From: Syntrophorhabdaceae bacterium
GTDB taxonomy: Bacteria > Desulfobacterota > Syntrophorhabdia > Syntrophorhabdales > Syntrophorhabdaceae
NCBI GenBank assembly: GCA_028698615.1
Contig: JAQVWF010000003.1
Location: 58,655 to 122,654 of the forward strand
Direction: 5' to 3'
DNA length: 64,000 nucleotides
Below the pieces are notes generated by a model. It did not search any database, was not told the origin of the DNA, and saw only the letters and a list, made by a program, of their open reading frames with translations. Shown here one piece after another: positions 9,256 to 19,386 of this stretch. Made by a program: the position numbers and the translations under genes. The first letter of the stretch is position 1, and each line of letters begins with the position of its first letter.

Positions 9256-11307
9256 TTATTGAGATGTGATGCCGGTAAGATCGAAGGAGATCTTGAAGCT
9301 CGTGTCCCTCGGCCTCTTGGTCTGCGACAGCGACAGCGTCGTGGACCAGCAGCCAGGTTTGTATCTCAGGCGATACTCCGTGTCGATCCATTCCTTTTCC
9401 ATGAAGGTGTACCGTATGACATAGCCCGCCTCGAAGACGGAATATCCCCCGAACATCTCCACGAAGATATCATTGTTGAGCCCGGAATTGTAGTTGTGCG
9501 AAACGGCAGTGTTAAAAACCCCGGGTATCACGTATGACACACCGTTCCTCAATGTCTTCGCCCCTTCGCCGGTGACGCTGAACACGCTTTCGTGGGCGAA
9601 GCTAAGGTGGTCTATCGGCGACAGGGTGAATCTCACATCGATATCGGAAAAGCGCGATCCCGAGCCCTTGTAGAGTTCCGACTCCCCGAGATTGCCCGAA
9701 ATGCCATAGGTCTGGGACACCTCCAGAAAGGACATCTCGCGCCTGAACCCGGACTCTCCCGATGAATCATAGAGATAGTGGTTGAAGGAATAGGTGACCG
9801 TATTCGTCTGGTTTATCCTGTCGTAGGCATCTATTTTCGGCGAGTCCTTGAAACCCGTGGCGGGGATGAACGTGTATCTTACAGTGGGCTTCAGCACGCT
9901 CTGCATGGATTCGAGCCAGGACCACCCGGTATTGTAGCCCCGCATAAACTGCATGTTCACGTCGCCGTCGAGACGAAAGGTCTGACGGTGTTTCGTGTTG
10001 CCGCCCATGGTGTCGCTGCGGTTCACCACGTAGGCGGTCTCGTAAGCGGTGGCGCTCAGGAGTGTATTCAAACCTTTGACCGAATAAGGCAGTCTCAGGG
10101 ACGGGTCGATGGCGAGGCGCGTAAAGGTGTCGCCGGTGTCGCGATAGAAATTGGTCAGTGAACTGTTGAGATCGAGAAACATTTTTCCGCCAAGTACGGG
10201 AATATACTCGGTGAAATAGGTTATCTCGGGGTAATACTGGAACATCGAGCCGTTGTCCCTGACGAGAAGGTTCCTGAACTCGCTGAAACCCCCGGTAATG
10301 AGAGACTTCGGCAGGGGTTTCTCAACGAAGATCGTCGATTTGAGCTGACTTTCACTTCGTTCCTGGATGGATTTACCGAAATCCTTGAGATAATCGTTGT
10401 CGAAGACATGCCATATATTGGCTTTGAACTGAAGGTCCTTGAAGAAGACCTGCTGGTGTTTTGCCTTCACCTGGTATCGTGTATGTTTGAAATCCTCGTC
10501 ATCGATAATGTTCCCTTCCAACTCCCCTTTCAGGTCTTCCCTCAAGGCATACCGGAATTGGCCGCCAAAGTTCACGCCTCTCTTCTCGATATATTCCCCG
10601 GACATCGTGGCGTCCTTGTCCTTTGAAATGGCCCAGAAATAGGAGAGCTTGAACTTCGCGCCATCCGTGGAAGAAAGGGCCATTTCGGGTATGAGGAACC
10701 CGGACTGCCTTTCCGCCTTGACGGGGAACATCCCCCAGGGGATATAGAAGACGGGAACACCAAGTATATGGAACGTGGTGGACCTTGTCTTTGCGTATCC
10801 CTCCACCGTTATGTCCACTTCGTCGGAGGTGAACGTCCATTCCGGTTTGTCCCACCCGCAGGTGGTGAATTTTCCCTTCTTGATCTTGTACTGGGATTCA
10901 CCCGTTTTTTCGATCTCCGTGCCGTTGATGTAGACATTGCCGGTCTTTATGAACACCCGCGCCTTCTCCAGGGTCCCTTTTTTGGTATCGAGATTAAGCT
11001 GCATCTGTTCGCACTCGATACGGTCTCCCAGGTCTTCGTAGACGACATTGCCTTCAGCTGTGACGTCACGCGTGTTGTCATCGAGGAAAACGTAGTCTGC
11101 AAGGACGGTGCGTGTCGTCTCCCTCACTTCGACGTTTCCCCGGGCGGTATAGGTGTTCGCCGCGCGGTCATGTTCCACCTGGTCGGCGATGATCTCTATC
11201 GGCCCCTTGGCGGCCCCGCTGCGGACACCGACCTCTTGCCCGTAAGCTGCAAGGGGCGATAAAAGGGCAAACATCATTATGATGACAAGGACCCTAGAAT
11301 ATCTCAT
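9256..11307 (-). CDS. lptD: LPS-assembly outer membrane protein LptD
   Basis: Signal peptide MRYSRVLVIIMMFALLSPLAAYGQ, an OstA-like N-terminal domain (ADQVEHDRAANTYTARGNVEV) and a large beta-barrel. Start moved to ATG 11307. Confidence 0.8.
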   Translation of the reverse strand: MRYSRVLVIIMMFALLSPLAAYGQEVGVRSGAAKGPIEIIADQVEHDRAANTYTARGNVEVRETTRTVLADYVFLDDNTRDVTAEGNVVYEDLGDRIECEQMQLNLDTKKGTLEKARVFIKTGNVYINGTEIEKTGESQYKIKKGKFTTCGWDKPEWTFTSDEVDITVEGYAKTRSTTFHILGVPVFYIPWGMFPVKAERQSGFLIPEMALSSTDGAKFKLSYFWAISKDKDATMSGEYIEKRGVNFGGQFRYALREDLKGELEGNIIDDEDFKHTRYQVKAKHQQVFFKDLQFKANIWHVFDNDYLKDFGKSIQERSESQLKSTIFVEKPLPKSLITGGFSEFRNLLVRDNGSMFQYYPEITYFTEYIPVLGGKMFLDLNSSLTNFYRDTGDTFTRLAIDPSLRLPYSVKGLNTLLSATAYETAYVVNRSDTMGGNTKHRQTFRLDGDVNMQFMRGYNTGWSWLESMQSVLKPTVRYTFIPATGFKDSPKIDAYDRINQTNTVTYSFNHYLYDSSGESGFRREMSFLEVSQTYGISGNLGESELYKGSGSRFSDIDVRFTLSPIDHLSFAHESVFSVTGEGAKTLRNGVSYVIPGVFNTAVSHNYNSGLNNDIFVEMFGGYSVFEAGYVIRYTFMEKEWIDTEYRLRYKPGCWSTTLSLSQTKRPRDTSFKISFDLTGITSQ

Positions 11308-12565
11308 TGACGGCCCGTTTAGCCTCTCCGATCGTATAGAATGAACCGGTGACAAGGATGAGGTCCTCATTCCCGGCAAACTGCCGCGCTTTCCTGAGGG
11401 CGCTTTTCGTATCCTTCGTGACGATGGAATTGCGCGCCAGACCCCGCATGGTTTCCGCCTTCAGGGCCCGCTCCGTCTTCGGCTGTGTAAGTATGGCAAG
11501 ATCGACACAGCCGTTCATCACCTCGAGCATCCTCCCATACTGTTTGTCGCGCATAACGCCGAAGACAAGGACCTTCCTGCGGTCGCGATACCGGGAGCTA
11601 AGGAATCGCTTCAACGCACGCACACCGGAAAGATTATGGGCCCCGTCGAGGATGACGAGCGGCTGCTCCCGCACCATTTCGAGACGTCCCTGCCATTTCA
11701 CCGACCCGAGCGCGCCCCTCACATGATCCTCGCCTACAGAAAATCCGGCGCCCAAAAGCGATTCGACGACACATAGCGCAAGCGCCGCATTCGACAGTTG
11801 ATGGTCCCCATCGAGGTTCAGAACAACATCATCATACTTCTGCGCGATCCCGCGGTAAGAAAAACGCCTATCGCCCCTTTTCCTGAAAATGAAATCCTTT
11901 CCCAGTACACGAAGGGGGCTGGCAAGTTCCTGGGCCCTTTTCGTGAGCACCGCCAGGGCCCTTCCTCGTGTGCCCGTTATTACAGGAACGCCCTGCTTCA
12001 TGATCCCCGCTTTCTCACCGGCGATCTTTCCGATGGTGCCTCCCAGTTCGTTCATGTGGTCAAAGGCAACATTGGTGATGACCGTTGCCAGCGGCTCTAC
12101 CACATTCGTCGAATCCAGTCTTCCGCCGAGGCCCGTCTCCACGACGGCAATGTCAACTCCCTTCCTCCTGAAATACTCGAAGGCAAGGGCCGTCGTGAAA
12201 TCGAAGAATGTATAGAAGTGATCGGACCCGCTCCGATCTGCCCCCTCACGGATGTATTCCGTGAGCGAAACCACCTCTTCTTCGGTGATCTCTTCCTCGT
12301 CAACGGTGATGCGCTCCGTGAAGGAAACCAGATGGGGCGACGTGTACTTGCCAACCCGGTATCCTGCCGCCTTTAGGATGCAGGAAACCATCGTGGCCAC
12401 GGAACCTTTGCCGTTCGTCCCCGCAATATGGACCGTCCTGAGAGACCTGTGAGGGTCGCCTATCGCAGCAAGAAGCCGGGATATATTCCCCAACCCGAAG
12501 ACGGAGCCGAATTTCTCCAGGCCAAAAAGGTACTTCAGTGAGCTTTCATAGCCGGCATCATTCAT
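11294..12565 (-). CDS. folC: bifunctional folylpolyglutamate synthase/dihydrofolate synthase
   Basis: HIAGTNGKGS P-loop, VVETGLGGRLDSTN, Mur-ligase fold. Confidence 0.9.
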   Translation of the reverse strand: MNDAGYESSLKYLFGLEKFGSVFGLGNISRLLAAIGDPHRSLRTVHIAGTNGKGSVATMVSCILKAAGYRVGKYTSPHLVSFTERITVDEEEITEEEVVSLTEYIREGADRSGSDHFYTFFDFTTALAFEYFRRKGVDIAVVETGLGGRLDSTNVVEPLATVITNVAFDHMNELGGTIGKIAGEKAGIMKQGVPVITGTRGRALAVLTKRAQELASPLRVLGKDFIFRKRGDRRFSYRGIAQKYDDVVLNLDGDHQLSNAALALCVVESLLGAGFSVGEDHVRGALGSVKWQGRLEMVREQPLVILDGAHNLSGVRALKRFLSSRYRDRRKVLVFGVMRDKQYGRMLEVMNGCVDLAILTQPKTERALKAETMRGLARNSIVTKDTKSALRKARQFAGNEDLILVTGSFYTIGEAKRAVNEIF

Positions 12566-13425
12566 GTGATCAGAGACAACAGCGTGTAAAGTGTCTGTTT
12601 CAGCTCTTTGCGGGAGGAGATCATGTCGACCATACCATGTTCCAGAAGGTATTCGGCCCGCTGAAACCCCGGAGGCAATTTGGCCTTGATCGTCTCTTTT
12701 ATCACCCTCTCTCCGGCGAAACCGATCATTGCCTTCGGTTCGGCGATGATGACGTCACCGAGCATGCCCATGCTCGCCGATACACCGCCGAGGGTAGGGT
12801 CGGTAAGGACTGTTATGTAGGGAACCTTATTGCTTTTAAGGTGATAGATCGCCCCGGAGACCTTGGACATCTGCATGAGCGACATGATGCCTTCCTGCAT
12901 CCTGGCACCGCCGGAGGAGCAAAAAAGGATGACCGGAGTTTTTTGCCTCGCCCCTTCCTCGAGTGTCCGGGTGATCTTTTCACCTACGACACTGCCCAGG
13001 CTGCCGCCCATGAAATGAAAATCGAAAATGGCTGCCAGAACGGGAATGCCGCCTATCTTTGCGTTGCCGCACACAAGGGCATCGAGGCGCTTCGCCTTCT
13101 CCTGGGTCTCGGAAAGCCTTGTCTTGTAAGGTTTGGTGTCTTTGAATTTCAGGAAGTCGACGGGCTCCACCCCTTCATGAAACTCGCTGAAGCTGCCTTT
13201 GTCAAAAGTGAGGGCTATCCTGTTCTCCACGGAAATGGGGAAGTGATAGAAACACTTGGGACAGACATGGCGGTTGCGCTCGACCTCTTTCCTGTAGAGA
13301 AGTTCCTGACATGAATTGCATTTTCTCCAGAGCGACTCTTCCTTTTCCGCCTTGGAAATCTCTTTCTCGATATCTATTTCACGGTAGGGTTTTTTCTCTT
13401 TATCCCTTTTTTTGAATAATCCCAT
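12562..13425 (-). CDS. accD: acetyl-CoA carboxylase carboxyltransferase beta subunit
   Basis: Zn ribbon CNSCQELLY...CPKCFYH followed by the carboxyltransferase domain (FHFMGGSLGSVVGEK). Confidence 0.92.
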   Translation of the reverse strand: MGLFKKRDKEKKPYREIDIEKEISKAEKEESLWRKCNSCQELLYRKEVERNRHVCPKCFYHFPISVENRIALTFDKGSFSEFHEGVEPVDFLKFKDTKPYKTRLSETQEKAKRLDALVCGNAKIGGIPVLAAIFDFHFMGGSLGSVVGEKITRTLEEGARQKTPVILFCSSGGARMQEGIMSLMQMSKVSGAIYHLKSNKVPYITVLTDPTLGGVSASMGMLGDVIIAEPKAMIGFAGERVIKETIKAKLPPGFQRAEYLLEHGMVDMISSRKELKQTLYTLLSLIT

Positions 13426-13469
13426 CGCTTTTCCTGTTGAATTTTTGTTGAAAAACTACCAAAATAAGT

Positions 13470-14099
13470 ATGTCTATGTCAATAGAAAGGGTCAACATCG
13501 AATCCGACCAGAGTCTCGAGGGGATGCTCCGCCGGCAGAGCAAGAAGGCGGGTGTTGTCATATGCCACCCCCACCCTCTTTACGGCGGCAACATGTACAA
13601 TAACGTCGTCAGCGCCATTGAGGACGGCTACGCCGCGCAGGGCTTCACGACCCTGATCTTCAATTTCCGCGGCGTTGGGGACAGCAAGGGCGAGTACGAC
13701 GAGGGAGAGGGGGAGGTCCACGACGCCACGGCCGCGTACCAGGTCTTGAAGAAACACCTCGATGACGACGCCAGCATCACCCTCGCGGGCTACTCCTTCG
13801 GCGCCTGGATCATCAGCAGGTCGGCGCTCGAAATGGACAGGTTCGACAGCCTTTTTCTTGTGTCCTTTCCGTGTCTTATATACAAATACGAGCATCTGAA
13901 GAACTTCAATAAGGAAATCTTCATCGTCGGAGGCACCTATGACGACATTGCCCCCATGGACGACCTCTACGAGTTATACCGGAACCTCACCACGCTCGAC
14001 AAACACCTCAAGGTGATCAACACGACCCACTTCTATGCCGGAAAAGAGACGGAACTAATCGACTTCATAAAAGAAACGATACCGGCGAGAAGAAAATGA
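13470..14099 (+). CDS. alpha/beta hydrolase fold protein
   Basis: CHPHPLYGG and the GYSFG nucleophile elbow. About 200-aa single domain. Confidence 0.65.
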   Translation: MSMSIERVNIESDQSLEGMLRRQSKKAGVVICHPHPLYGGNMYNNVVSAIEDGYAAQGFTTLIFNFRGVGDSKGEYDEGEGEVHDATAAYQVLKKHLDDDASITLAGYSFGAWIISRSALEMDRFDSLFLVSFPCLIYKYEHLKNFNKEIFIVGGTYDDIAPMDDLYELYRNLTTLDKHLKVINTTHFYAGKETELIDFIKETIPARRK

Positions 14100-14270
14100 C
14101 CTTTTCTCCCTTCTTCTTGAATAGATACCCGCTTTGTGTTAATTTGATTAACAGAATCCAGCGGGTTACGGCAGCCTGAAACGTAGGAAAATCTCCCGAT
14201 CACAAGAGAACGTCGCACGCTGACCGCTCCCAGCCGGATTACTTCCCATTTCTGCAAGGATTGTTCTGCC

Positions 14271-17027
14271 ATGGATTATAAAGATACGTTGAACCTGCCC
14301 AAGACCCCTTTTCCCATGAGAGGGAACCTGCCCGTGAAGGAAAAGGACATGCTTGCCCGCTGGCAAGCGATCGACCTGTACCGGAAGCTGACCGAGGCCC
14401 GAAAGGACAGCCCCGTCTTCATCCTCCATGACGGGCCCCCCTATGCCAACGGCAATATCCACCTCGGAACCGCCCTCAATAAGATCCTTAAGGACATCAT
14501 CATCAAGGCAAAGTTCATGACGGGCCACAGGGCGGACTATGTCCCCGGATGGGATTGCCACGGCCTGCCCATAGAACACCAGGTCGAGAAGAACGTCAAG
14601 CAGAAGAAGCTGGAGCTTTCCAAGTTGGAGACACGCAGGGAATGCAGGGCCTATGCGCGGCAGTTCATAGATATCCAGCGGGAGGAGTTCAAGCGCCTCG
14701 GCGGCATCGGCGATTGGGACCATCCCTATATCACCATGGACTTCGAGTACCAGGCGACAATCATCGAAGAGGCGGCGAAGTTCTTCCTTCGCGGCGAGGT
14801 CTATCGAAAGAAAAAACCCGTTTACTGGTGCCTTAACTGCGAGACGGCGCTCGCTGAGGCTGAGATCGAATATGAGACCAAGCGGTCCAGTTCCATCTAC
14901 GTCAAGTTCCCCTATACCGGGGCGAAAGAGCCTGTATTCGCCGGCTTTCCCGACAAACCCGTCTACATGCTGATCTGGACGACGACGCCCTGGACGCTTC
15001 CCGCGAACCTGGCCATCGCCATCCATCCCGATTTCACCTACGTTTCCGTTGAGACAGACAAAGAAGTCTACATCGTCCTCAAAGACCTCCTCGAGGACGT
15101 CATGCAGCGAGCCGGGATAACCGGATACCGTATTATCGGTGAGATAGACCCTCAGACACTCCGGGGACTTACATTCAAGCATCCTTTCATTGACCGGCAG
15201 TCGGTCATTGTATTTGCCGACTATGTCGCCGCCGATACGGGAACGGGCGCAGTGCATACCGCGCCTGGCCACGGTGAGGAGGACTACGAGACGGGACTCC
15301 AGTACGGTCTCGAAATCTATTCCCCTGTCAACGAAAAGGGCGTCTTCATGGACGAAGTGGAGTTCTTCAAGGACATGAACGTCTGGGACGCCAACCCGAA
15401 GGTCATAGAGAAGCTTAAGGAGTTGGGACTTCTTCTCCACACGGAAGAGATCGAACACTCCTATCCCCATTGCTGGCGCTGCAAAAAACCCGTCATATTC
15501 CGGGCAACGGAGCAATGGTTCGTCTCCATGGACAGCCAGGGTTTGAGACAGAAAGGCCTGGACGAGATCGACAGAACACGGTGGATCCCCTCGTGGGGGC
15601 GTGACCGGATCTATAACATGCTTTCCGTCCGTCCCGACTGGTGCATCTCCCGTCAGCGGACCTGGGGCATCCCGATCACCATCTTCTACTGTGAGAAATG
15701 CCGGGAACCCTTCTGGAGCGAGGGGTCCTTCTCCCGTGTTGTCGAGGCCGTGAGGCAGTCCGGTGCGGACGTCTGGTTCGAAAAGGACGCCGCCCATTTC
15801 CTGCCCGAGGGGACAAAGTGCAGCCACTGCGGCAATACAGCTTTTTCCAAGGAACAGGACATCCTCGATGTATGGTTCGATTCCGGCGTGAGCTGGGCAG
15901 CCGTCTGCAAGAAAAGGCCGGAGCTGAATTACCCCGCCGACCTCTATCTGGAGGGGAGCGACCAGCACAGAGGCTGGTTCCACAGTTCGCTCCTGACCTC
16001 CGTGGGCAACGAAGGCCATGCGCCCTACAAGGCGGTCTTGACCCATGGTTTCGTGGTTGACGGCTCGGGCAGAAAGATGTCCAAGTCCCTCGGCAATGTC
16101 ATAGCCCCCAACGAGGTCATTGATAAGTTCGGTGCCGAGATATTGCGGCTGTGGGTCATCTACGAGGATTACCGCGACGATATCAAGATATCGAAGGACA
16201 TCATCAATCGCCTCGTGGAGACATACCGCCGGGTCCGCAACACCCTGCGCTTCCTTCATGCGAACATAAACGAGGACTTTGAACCGGGCCGCGATGCCGT
16301 CCCCTACGAAAACCTCTCCCTCCTCGATAAATGGCTCTTGTCCCGGCTCATGAGGCTCATAGACCGCGTAGGGGATTCCTACAACAATTACACACTGCAC
16401 TCGATCTACCACGCGATCCACAACTTCTGCGCCGTCGACCTCAGCGCCCTGTATCTCGACATCGTCAAGGACAGGATCTACGTTGAGCACAGGGACGCCC
16501 AAAAACGCAGGGCCTCCCAGACCGTCATCCTGGAGACCCTCATCGCCCTCGTCAGGCTCATAGCACCCGTCCTTTCCTCAACGGCGGATGAAATGTGGTC
16601 CTACCTGAAGGGATATGTTGCGGAGGAAAGCGTTTTCCTGGCGCAGTTCCCCACGGCGGACAAGGCCCTTATCAACGGGGCCATCGAGGAACAATGGGAA
16701 AGGATCTGGAAGGTTCGTGAACTCGCGAACAAAAAGATCGAGGAGAAACGCAGCGCCAAGGAGATCGGCCATTCCCTCGATACGAAGGTCATCATCGACG
16801 CCCCCGATGAGGACTACGACGCTCTCACGGGGCTTGGCGATGAGCTGAAGGACGTTTTCATCGTCTCTCAGATCGAGGTACGCAAGGCCGCCGCCCTTGA
16901 TGTGACCGTCCTCAAGGCCGAAGGCGACAAGTGCGAGCGCTGCTGGCAGTACGATACAGCCATCCTCAGGGACGGGAAATTCCCGAACGTGTGCAAACGA
17001 TGCTCCGATACGCTTTCTTTGCTCTAG
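14271..17027 (+). CDS. ileS: isoleucine--tRNA ligase
   Basis: HDGPPYANGNIHLGT (HIGH), KMSKS, a C-terminal Zn-finger (CERCW...CKRC). 918 aa. Confidence 0.97.
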   Translation: MDYKDTLNLPKTPFPMRGNLPVKEKDMLARWQAIDLYRKLTEARKDSPVFILHDGPPYANGNIHLGTALNKILKDIIIKAKFMTGHRADYVPGWDCHGLPIEHQVEKNVKQKKLELSKLETRRECRAYARQFIDIQREEFKRLGGIGDWDHPYITMDFEYQATIIEEAAKFFLRGEVYRKKKPVYWCLNCETALAEAEIEYETKRSSSIYVKFPYTGAKEPVFAGFPDKPVYMLIWTTTPWTLPANLAIAIHPDFTYVSVETDKEVYIVLKDLLEDVMQRAGITGYRIIGEIDPQTLRGLTFKHPFIDRQSVIVFADYVAADTGTGAVHTAPGHGEEDYETGLQYGLEIYSPVNEKGVFMDEVEFFKDMNVWDANPKVIEKLKELGLLLHTEEIEHSYPHCWRCKKPVIFRATEQWFVSMDSQGLRQKGLDEIDRTRWIPSWGRDRIYNMLSVRPDWCISRQRTWGIPITIFYCEKCREPFWSEGSFSRVVEAVRQSGADVWFEKDAAHFLPEGTKCSHCGNTAFSKEQDILDVWFDSGVSWAAVCKKRPELNYPADLYLEGSDQHRGWFHSSLLTSVGNEGHAPYKAVLTHGFVVDGSGRKMSKSLGNVIAPNEVIDKFGAEILRLWVIYEDYRDDIKISKDIINRLVETYRRVRNTLRFLHANINEDFEPGRDAVPYENLSLLDKWLLSRLMRLIDRVGDSYNNYTLHSIYHAIHNFCAVDLSALYLDIVKDRIYVEHRDAQKRRASQTVILETLIALVRLIAPVLSSTADEMWSYLKGYVAEESVFLAQFPTADKALINGAIEEQWERIWKVRELANKKIEEKRSAKEIGHSLDTKVIIDAPDEDYDALTGLGDELKDVFIVSQIEVRKAAALDVTVLKAEGDKCERCWQYDTAILRDGKFPNVCKRCSDTLSLL

Positions 17028-17476
17028 TACCGGTCATCTTCGCCCTCGACAGGGTAACGAAAGCACTCGTCATTCAGAATATGCCGATGATGAGCGAGAT
17101 GAAGGTGACATCCTTCTTCTCGATCGTTCACGTGAGGAACTTCGGCGGCGTCTTCGGCGTCTTGAACCAGAGCGGATATGCGAAGTACATCTTCACCATA
17201 GTGCCCGTCCTGGTCGCCGCCGCTTTGATCTACATCCTTATCAGGTACGCAATGAGGAGTGCGAAGACCCTGGCGCTGTGCCTCATTCTTTCGGGTGCCC
17301 TGGGCAACATATATGACCGCATCGTTTATGGCAGCGTCGTCGATTTCCTCGACTTCTATTACGGAAAATGCCACTGGCCAGCCTTCAATGTGGCTGATAT
17401 AGCCGTTTCCACAGGTATCGGGCTCATTATCCTCTTCGAATTGACAGAAACAACAGGAAAGGGTCCCGCCCGTTGA
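17000..17476 (+). CDS. lspA: lipoprotein signal peptidase II
   Basis: DRVTK, GALGNIYDR and FNVADIAV motifs. Start moved to ATG 17000, overlapping the ileS end. Confidence 0.9.
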   Translation: MLRYAFFALVPVIFALDRVTKALVIQNMPMMSEMKVTSFFSIVHVRNFGGVFGVLNQSGYAKYIFTIVPVLVAAALIYILIRYAMRSAKTLALCLILSGALGNIYDRIVYGSVVDFLDFYYGKCHWPAFNVADIAVSTGIGLIILFELTETTGKGPAR

Positions 17477-17519
17477 CGCCGCATTGCATCGCGGTTCCGG
17501 TGACGGGAGCGAGAACGGC

Positions 17520-17750
17520 ATGGGCGACATCCTGGAAGAAGAAAGAAAACTGAGAAGGCTTCGTTTCGTCGTCGATTTTGCCCTCGAGTTCATCCGCACT
17601 CAGGACATCTCCCACGACCACGCCATGCACATCGTCGAGGGGGTGCGCAAGCAAGCCCTCAATCTCTTCCCCGCAAAAGAGGAGGCCTTCGACATCATCT
17701 ACGCCCCCCGTTTCAAGAGAGCTCTGAACGAAAAGTACAAGAGAGACTAA
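17520..17750 (+). CDS. hypothetical small protein (76 aa)
   Basis: ORF with a plausible ATG after GGGAG. No recognisable family. Confidence 0.4.
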   Translation: MGDILEEERKLRRLRFVVDFALEFIRTQDISHDHAMHIVEGVRKQALNLFPAKEEAFDIIYAPRFKRALNEKYKRD

Positions 17751-17753
17751 AGA

Positions 17754-17777
17754 CTGAAACCGTCTTTATTTCTTGAA
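17754..17777. repeat. junction repeat CTGAAACCGTCTTTATTTCTT (GGTTTCA-family)
   Basis: 20 of the first 21 nt of the 24-nt span are identical to 19363-19386. Contains the stop (TTA = TAA) and last Lys codons of the minus-strand gene. AAAGAC/GTCTTT form a small hairpin. Confidence 0.6.
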
Positions 17778-18944
17778 CATCTTCTTTATCCCTTCACCGA
17801 TGTCCTGTATCCCTTCACCGATGTCCTGTATGCCTTCGCCCACCTTCCTGGTGCCTTCGGCGCCGACGCCGAAGACCGATCCTCCTATGTCCTTCACTGA
17901 AAAGCCCAGTTTTTCGGCGACCCCGAAGGCGAGCCCGTTCGTAAAATCCTCCGCGATATTGAACCTGGGGTTGCTGAGGTCGCCGGCAACGACAAAATCA
18001 ACGGGTATCTGGTCACCGCTCTTCTTCAGAAAAGCCAGTACAAGCGTGATGGGCACCCCCATGAAGCGGTTGCCCAAACCGGGACGACTCTCGAATTCGA
18101 GGCCTTTGAGCACCGCCTTACCCGGTGCGTGAACTTTGCGCGAAACAATCTCGGCCCGCACATCGAGATCAAGGAGCCCCCTCGTGATATTCACGCTCCG
18201 ACTCCCCCGGTAGTAGGGTTTGAAATGTGTGATGTCAAGCCCTCTCACCGCAGCCGTGCATTCCATATCCTTGCCTTGAAGCCTGATCTTGCCTTCGCTC
18301 TTCACGCTGGCGGTGCTCCTGCCTTCGGGAATGGCAGCCCTGAGGGTGTAGCGGGTGAGATCGTTCGTAAAAGGTACGGTGAGATCACGCATCTCCATAT
18401 TGATATCCCGCACCCTGGTCATCACCGGAACACTCGGTGATTTACGGTCGAGGTAGTCGACAGACCCCTGCACGACAACGATCTTCTTGAGCACGATCGG
18501 AGGCTGTGCCGCCTCGGGCCGATGTGCCTCTCCTCCCTCTTTCTTCTCCTTCCCGGTTGCTTTCTCGCCGACGGGGAAGGCGGGGCTGACGAGATGGCCC
18601 TTGTTGTCGACTTCAACATACATATAGGGCTTTTCCACGACGACGCTCGAAATGATATACTTTTTCCTGAGAAGGCCCATGAAGCTGGCCCTGACCACGA
18701 GGCCTTCAACCTTTATGACCTCTTTCCCGGCCCTGTTCCTCATCACGATGTCCTGCGCGCGAACACTGCCCCATTTCAGCTCAATGCGCCCTATCGAAAA
18801 ATCCTTTCCCAGGGTTCTCTCGATACGGCTTTTGGCAATGACATTGGCATATTTCACGAGAAAGACCGCCGCGATCAGAACAAGACAGACAACCACTCCG
18901 GATGAGATGAGAAATATTGTCAGTCCCTTTCTCTTCGCTGCCAT
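17766..18944 (-). CDS. DUF748/AsmA-like membrane-anchored protein
   Basis: N-terminal TM segment followed by RIELKWGSVRAQDIVMRN-type DUF748 repeats. The C-terminus carries GEGIQDI heptapeptide repeats. Start moved to ATG 18944. Confidence 0.6.
   Translation of the reverse strand: MAAKRKGLTIFLISSGVVVCLVLIAAVFLVKYANVIAKSRIERTLGKDFSIGRIELKWGSVRAQDIVMRNRAGKEVIKVEGLVVRASFMGLLRKKYIISSVVVEKPYMYVEVDNKGHLVSPAFPVGEKATGKEKKEGGEAHRPEAAQPPIVLKKIVVVQGSVDYLDRKSPSVPVMTRVRDINMEMRDLTVPFTNDLTRYTLRAAIPEGRSTASVKSEGKIRLQGKDMECTAAVRGLDITHFKPYYRGSRSVNITRGLLDLDVRAEIVSRKVHAPGKAVLKGLEFESRPGLGNRFMGVPITLVLAFLKKSGDQIPVDFVVAGDLSNPRFNIAEDFTNGLAFGVAEKLGFSVKDIGGSVFGVGAEGTRKVGEGIQDIGEGIQDIGEGIKKMFKK
17788..17844. repeat. 21-bp tandem repeat (2 perfect copies plus 1 degenerate) inside the CDS
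   Basis: ATCCCTTCACCGATGTCCTGT occurs twice (17788-17808 and 17809-17829), then a diverged copy. Encodes GEGIQDIGEGIQDIGEGIKK. Confidence 0.85.
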
Positions 18945-19051
18945 TTTTCTATCCTTTCCAGAATGTTCTATACTAGTATACAAAACGGGGAGCCGGAAGG
19001 AAAGGGATGAGGATCATCACAGCTTCCCGCGTCTGAAATAGGAGGCCTTTC

Positions 19052-19366
19052 ATGTCCGTTCTATTCGAATTTGCAATGTTTCCCACAGACAAGGGCACCA
19101 GCGTCAGTGCCTACGTTTCACGCCTGCTCAAGATCATCGACGAGAGCACCACCGCCTACCGCCTCACCCCCATGGGCACCGTCGTGGAGGTGGACACCAT
19201 GGACGAGGCCCTGTCCATCATCAGGAAGTGCTGCGAGCAACTCGAACCGGACTGCGGCCGCATCTATTCCACCGTCAAGTTCGATATCCGCAAGGGCGCC
19301 TCCGGCAGGCTCGAAGGTAAGATAGCCTCGGTGGAAGAGAAGGTGGGGAAGAAACTGAAAACCTGA
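19052..19366 (+). CDS. MTH1187/YkoF-family (thiamine-binding-like) protein
   Basis: FAMFPTDKGTSVSAYV...YRLTPMGTVVE is typical of the MTH1187/DUF77 family. AGGAGG RBS. Confidence 0.75.
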   Translation: MSVLFEFAMFPTDKGTSVSAYVSRLLKIIDESTTAYRLTPMGTVVEVDTMDEALSIIRKCCEQLEPDCGRIYSTVKFDIRKGASGRLEGKIASVEEKVGKKLKT

Positions 19367-19386
19367 AACCGTCCTTATTTCTTTGG
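19355..19386. repeat. junction repeat CTGAAAACCTGAAACCGTCCTTATTTCTT
   Basis: Supplies the TGA stop of the plus-strand gene (19364-19366, within CTGAAAC) and the TAA stop of the minus-strand gene (19375-19377). Confidence 0.6.

Noticed and set aside
14100-14270. Possible T-box or attenuator leader upstream of ileS (hairpin ACCCGCT...AGCGGGT enclosing GTTAAT-N3-ATTAAC)
   Set aside because: I could not find a specifier loop, a T-box sequence or a terminator/antiterminator alternative. I treat it as an unexplained hairpin only.
14166-16502. 778-aa ORF antisense to ileS
   Set aside because: It lies entirely within and opposite the unambiguous ileS gene. Its composition (V/D/G/E/L-rich) is typical of the mirror frame of a GC-biased gene. 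No motifs or RBS are present.
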